This document shows positions 59,001 to 64,000 of a stretch of DNA of 64,000 nt, piece after piece. Where the stretch lies: positions 372,001 to 436,000 of the forward strand of contig OZ059900.1 in NCBI GenBank assembly GCA_964057225.1, read 5' to 3'. The notes below the pieces were generated by a model. It was not told the DNA's origin. It ran no database searches and saw nothing but the letters and a program-made list of their open reading frames with translations. The stretch is from Auanema rhodensis. Its lineage: Eukaryota; Animalia; Nematoda. The translations under genes were made by a program, and so were the position numbers. Numbering within the stretch: position 1 is the first letter of the stretch; every line of letters starts with the position of its first letter.

Positions 59001-62000
59001 AATGTCCGAGTTTTGAGTCCAATTTGGCTAAATCGCTCATATATATAATCAAAAGCATAGTTTTATTGTCTATAACAACAAAAGTCATCAATTAAACGCT
59101 AGTGATGTTTAAATACTGAATTTCGCTCAAATAGCATTACTACACTAAGTATGGTCGTTTTTATGCCTTTAACATTATATACTCACCGATTTTTGGTACA
59201 AAATCTGTAATACTCGTAAATTTTGATCATATTCGTTAAGATTCGAGAATCAAACATACAATACACGAAATCAGTCTATTTTTATGAGCTTGCACTGATA
59301 TATATTCATTTTGATCAAAAAAGGTCGAAAATAGAAAGAATTTTTGAAATTTCCGAGTTTTGAGTCTAATTTGGCTAAATCGCTCATATATATGATCAGA
59401 AGCAAAGTTTTATTGTCTATGATAACAAAAGTCATCAATTAAACGCTAGTGATGTTTGAATACTGAATTTCGCTCAAATAGCATTACTACACTAAGTATG
59501 GTCGTTTTTATGCCTTTAACACCATATACTCACCGATTTTTGGTACAAAATCTGTAATACTCGTAAATTTTGATCATATTCGTTAAGATTCGAGAATCAA
59601 ACATACAATACACGAAATCAGTCTATTTTTATGAGCTTGCACTGATATATATTCATTTTGATCAAAAAAGGTCGAAAATAGAAAGAATTTTTGAAATTTC
59701 CGAGTTTTGAGTCTAATTTGGCTAAATCGCTCATATATATGATCAGAAGCAAAGTTTTATTGTCTATGATAACAAAAGTCATCAATTAAACGCTAGTGAT
59801 GTTTAAATACTGAATTTCGCTCAAATAGCATTACTACACTAAGTATGGTCGTTTTTATGCCTATAACACCATATACTCACCGATTTTTGGTACAAAATCT
59901 GTAATACTCGTAAATTTTGATCATATTCGTTAAGATTTGAGAATCAAACATACAATACACGGAATCAGTCTATTTTTATGAGCTTGCACTGATATATATT
60001 CATTTTGATCAAAAAAGGTCGAAAATAGAAAGAATTTTGGAAATGTCCGAGTTTTGAGTCCAATTTGGCTAAATCGCTCATATATATGATCAAAAGCATA
60101 GTTTTATTGTCTATAACAACAAAAGTCATCAATTAAACGCTAGTGATGTTTAAATACTGAATTTCGCTCAAATAGCATTACTACACTAAGTATGGTCGTT
60201 TTTATGCCTTTAACACCATATACTCACCGATTTTTGGTACAAAATCTGTAATACTCGTAAATTTTGATCATATTCGTTAAGATTTGAGAATCAAACACAC
60301 AATACACAAAATCAGTCTATTTTTATGAGCTTGCACTGATATATATTCATTTTGATCAAAAAAGGTCGAAAATAGAAAGAATTTTTGAAATTTCCGAGTT
60401 TTGAGTCCAATTTGGCTAAATCGCTCATATATATGATCAAAAGCATAGTTTTATTGTCTATAACAACAAAAGTCATCAATTAAACGCTAGTGATGTTTTA
60501 ATACTGAATTTCGCTCAAATAGCATTACTACACTAAGTATGGTCGTTTTTATGCCTTTAACACCATATACTCACCGATTTTTGGTACAAAATCTGTAATA
60601 CTTGTAAATTTTGATCATATTTGTTAAGATTTGAGAATCAAACACACAATACACAAAATCAGTCTATTTTTATGAGTTTGCACTGATATATATTCATTTT
60701 GATCAAAAAAGGTCGAAAATAGAAAGAATTTTGGAAATGTCCGAGTTTTGAGTCCAATTTGGCTAAATCGCTCATATATATGATCAAAAGCATAGTTTTA
60801 TTGTCTATAACAACAAAAGTCATCAATTAAACGCTAGTGATGTTTAAATACTGAATTTCGCTCAAATAGCATAACTACACTAAGTATGGTCGTTTTTATG
60901 CCTTTAACACCATATACTCACCGATTTTTGGTACAAAATCTGTAATACTCGTAAATTTTGATCATATTCGTTAAGATTTGAGAATCAAACATACAATACA
61001 CGAAATCAGTCTATTTTTATGAGCTTGCACTGATATATATTCATTTTGATCAAAAAAGGTCGAAAATAGAAAGAATTTTTGAAATTTCCGAGTTTTGAGT
61101 CTAATTTGGCTAAATCGCTCATATATATGATCAGAAGCATAGTTTTGTTGTCTATGACAACAAAAGTCATCAATTAAACGCTAGTGATGTTTAAATACTG
61201 ATTTTCGCTCAAATAGCATTACTACACTAAGTATGGTCGTTTTTATGCCTTTAACACCATATACTCACCGATTTTTGGTACAAAATCTGTAATACTCGTA
61301 AATTTTGATCATATTCGTTAAGATTTGAGAATCAAACACACAATACACAGAATCAGTCTATTTTTATGAGCTTGCACTGATATATATTCATTTTGATCAA
61401 AAAAGGTCGAAAATAGAAAGAATTTTTGAAATTTCCGAGTTTTGAGTCTAATTTGGCTAAATCGCTCATATATATGATCAGAAGCAAAGTTTTATTGTCT
61501 ATGATAACAAAAGTCATCAATTAAACGCTAGTGATGTTTGAATACTGAATTTCGCTCAAATAGCATTACTACACTAAGTATGGTCGTTTTTATGCCTTTA
61601 ACACCATATACTCACCGATTTTTGGTACAAAATCTGTAATACTCGTAAATTCTGATCATATTCGTTAAGATTCGAGAATCAAACATACAATACACGAAAT
61701 CAGTCTATTTTTATGAGCTTGCACTGATATATATTCATTTTGATCAAAAAAGGTCGAAAATAGAAAGAATTTTTGAAATTTCCGAGTTTTGAGTCTAATT
61801 TGGCTAAATCGCTCATATATATGATCAGAAGCAAAGTTTTATTGTCTATGATAACAAAAGTCATCAATTAAACGCTAGTGATGTTTAAATACTGAATTTC
61901 GCTCAAATAGCATTACTACACTAAGTATGGTCGTTTTTATGCCTATAACACCATATACTCACCGATTTTTGGTACAAAATCTGTAATACTCGTAAATTCT

Positions 62001-62450
62001 GATCATATTCGTTAAGATTCGAGAATCAAACATACAATACACGAAATCAGTCTATTTTTATGAGCTTGCACTGATATATATTCATTTTGATCAAAAAAGG
62101 TCGAAAATAGAAAGAATTTTTGAAATTTCCGAGTTTTGAGTCTAATTTGGCTAAATCGCTCATATATATGATCAGAAGCAAAGTTTTATTGTCTATGATA
62201 ACAAAAGTCATCAATTAAACGCTAGTGATGTTTAAATACTGAATTTCGCTCAAATAGCATTACTACACTAAGTATGGTCGTTTTTATGCCTATAACACCA
62301 TATACTCACCGATTTTTGGTACAAAATCTGTAATACTCGTAAATTTTGATCATATTCGTTAAGATTTGAGAATCAAACATACAATACACGGAATCAGTCT
62401 ATTTTTATGAGCTTGCACTGATATATATTCATTTTGATCAAAAAAGGTCG
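56100..62450 (+). repeat. Satellite subfamily domain with private variants, arranged as 5-mer and 3-mer repeats
   Basis: AGATTCGAG, GAAGCAAAG, GTTTGAATAC, GCCTATAAC, CACGGAATC, AACATTATA and ATATAATCA were not seen before ~56.1 kb. GCCTATAA is at 57083, 58818 and 59859 (spacings 1735 and 1041). Confidence 0.88.
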
Positions 62451-64000
62451 AAAATAGAAAGAATTTTGGAAATGTCCGAGTTTTGAGTCCAATTTGGCTA
62501 AATCGCTCATATATATGATCAAAAGCATAGTTTTATTGTCTATAACAACAAAAGTCATCAATTAAACGCTAGTGATGTTTAAATACTGAATTTCGCTCAA
62601 ATAGCATTACTACACTAAGTATGGTCGTTTTTATGCCTTTAACACCATATACTCACCGATTTTTGGTACAAAATCTGTAATACTCGTAAATTTTGATCAT
62701 ATTCGTTAAGATTTGAGAATCAAACACACAATACACAAAATCAGTCTATTTTTATGAGCTTGCACTGATATATATTCATTTTGATCAAAAAAGGTCGAAA
62801 ATAGAAAGAATTTTTGAAATTTCCGAGTTTTGAGTCCAATTTGGCTAAATCGCTCATATATATGATCAAAAGCATAGTTTTATTGTCTATAACAACAAAA
62901 GTCATCAATTAAACGCTAGTGATGTTTTAATACTGAATTTCGCTCAAATAGCATTACTACACTAAGTATGGTCGTTTTTATGCCTTTAACACCATATACT
63001 CACCGATTTTTGGTACAAAATCTGTAATACTTGTAAATTTTGATCATATTTGTTAAGATTTGAGAATCAAACAGACAATACACAAAATCAGTCTATTTTT
63101 ATGAGTTTGCACTGATATATATTCATTTTGATCAAAAAAGGTCGAAAATAGAAAGAATTTTGGAAATGTCCGAGTTTTGAGTCCAATTTGGCTAAATCGC
63201 TCATATATATGATCAAAAGCATAGTTTTATTGTCTATGACAACAAAAGTCATTAATTAAACACTAATGATGTTTAAATCACTAAATTTCGCTCAAATAGC
63301 ATTACTACACTAAGTATGGTCGTTTTTATGCCTTTAACACCATATACTCACCGATTTTTGGTACAAAATCTGTAATACTCGTAAATTTTGATCATATTCG
63401 TTAAGATTCGAGAATCAAACATACAATACACGAAATCAGTCTATTTTTATGAGCTTGCACTGATATATATTCATTTTGATCAAAAAAGGTCGAAAATAGA
63501 AAGAATTTTGGAAATGTCCGAGTTTTGAGTCCAATTTGGCTAAATCGCTCATATATATGATCAAAAGCATAGTTTTATTGTCTATAACAACAAAAGTCAT
63601 CAATTAAACGCTAGTGATGTTTTAATACTGAATTTCGCTCAAATAGCATTACTACACTAAGTATGGTCGTTTTTATGCCTTTAACACCATATACTCACCG
63701 ATTTTTGGTACAAAATCTGTAATACTCGTAAATTTTGATCATATTCGTTAAGATTTGAGAATCAAACACACAATACACAAAATCAGTCTATTTTTATGAG
63801 CTTGCACTGATATATATTCATTTTGATCAAAAAAGGTCGAAAATAGAAAGAATTTTTGAATTTTCCGAGTTTTGAGTCCAATTGGGCTAAATCGCTCATA
63901 TATATGATCAAAAGCATAGTTTTATTGTCTATGACAACAAAAGTCATCAATTAAACGCTAGTGATGTTTAAATACTGATTTTCGCTCAAATAGCATTACT

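Larger units (their letters stand above)
1..64000 (+). repeat. Tandem satellite DNA array, 347/348-bp monomer, ~184 head-to-tail copies (strand arbitrary; array continues past both window edges)
   Basis: The anchor GGTCGAAAATAGAAAG recurs at 4, 352, 699, 1047, 1394, 1741, 2089 ... 63835, with spacings of 347 or 348. Monomers differ mostly by a few recurrent SNPs. The consensus has 101 G+C in 347 bp. There is no unique sequence and no orientation switch anywhere. Confidence 0.99.

Noticed and set aside
1-64000. CRISPR array or other repeat-plus-variable-cassette system
   Set aside because: The entire 347-bp unit is repeated. There are no unique spacers, leader, cas genes or recombinase genes, and variation consists of shared SNPs inherited in duplicated blocks.
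1-64000. 5S rDNA, tRNA, snRNA or spliced-leader tandem gene array
   Set aside because: I recognise no 5S or tRNA sequence or Pol III boxes in the monomer, and 29% GC with little extended pairing argues against it. An Rfam/Infernal search was not run and would be the definitive check.
1-64000. Assignment to a named satellite family or species (e.g. ~340-360-bp insect satellites)
   Set aside because: Only the length and AT content are similar and I do not recognise the sequence. It needs a BLAST/Dfam/Repbase search of the consensus.
1-64000. Pure assembly or amplification (concatemer) artefact
   Set aside because: The hierarchical, position-dependent SNP haplotypes and nested duplications indicate genuine array evolution. 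Exact copy numbers still need read validation.

Overview
The whole 64-kb window is one uninterrupted, head-to-tail, AT-rich (~29% GC, hand count on the consensus) tandem satellite array. It has about 184 copies of a 347/348-bp monomer, all in the same orientation. I see no genes, RNA genes, transposon insertions, inversions or CRISPR spacers. The four listed ORFs are chance openings in mutated monomers. The organisation is typical of eukaryotic (peri)centromeric heterochromatin, but I cannot name the species or satellite family. The interesting content is internal. (1) The monomer is itself an old, diverged dimer of ~170-180-bp halves, with ~10-bp-phased A/T tracts and three dyad symmetries. 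(2) Diagnostic SNPs define monomer subtypes arranged in a succession of local higher-order repeats (3-, 4-, 5- and 9- to 12-mers). (3) One ~120-bp tract about 10% diverged (12.2 kb) sits inside an otherwise faithful 5-mer, which suggests gene conversion from another subfamily. (4) A cluster of out-of-register rearrangements lies at 26.4-27.5 kb. (5) A subfamily domain with private variants occupies 56-62 kb. All counts and spacings were made by eye.
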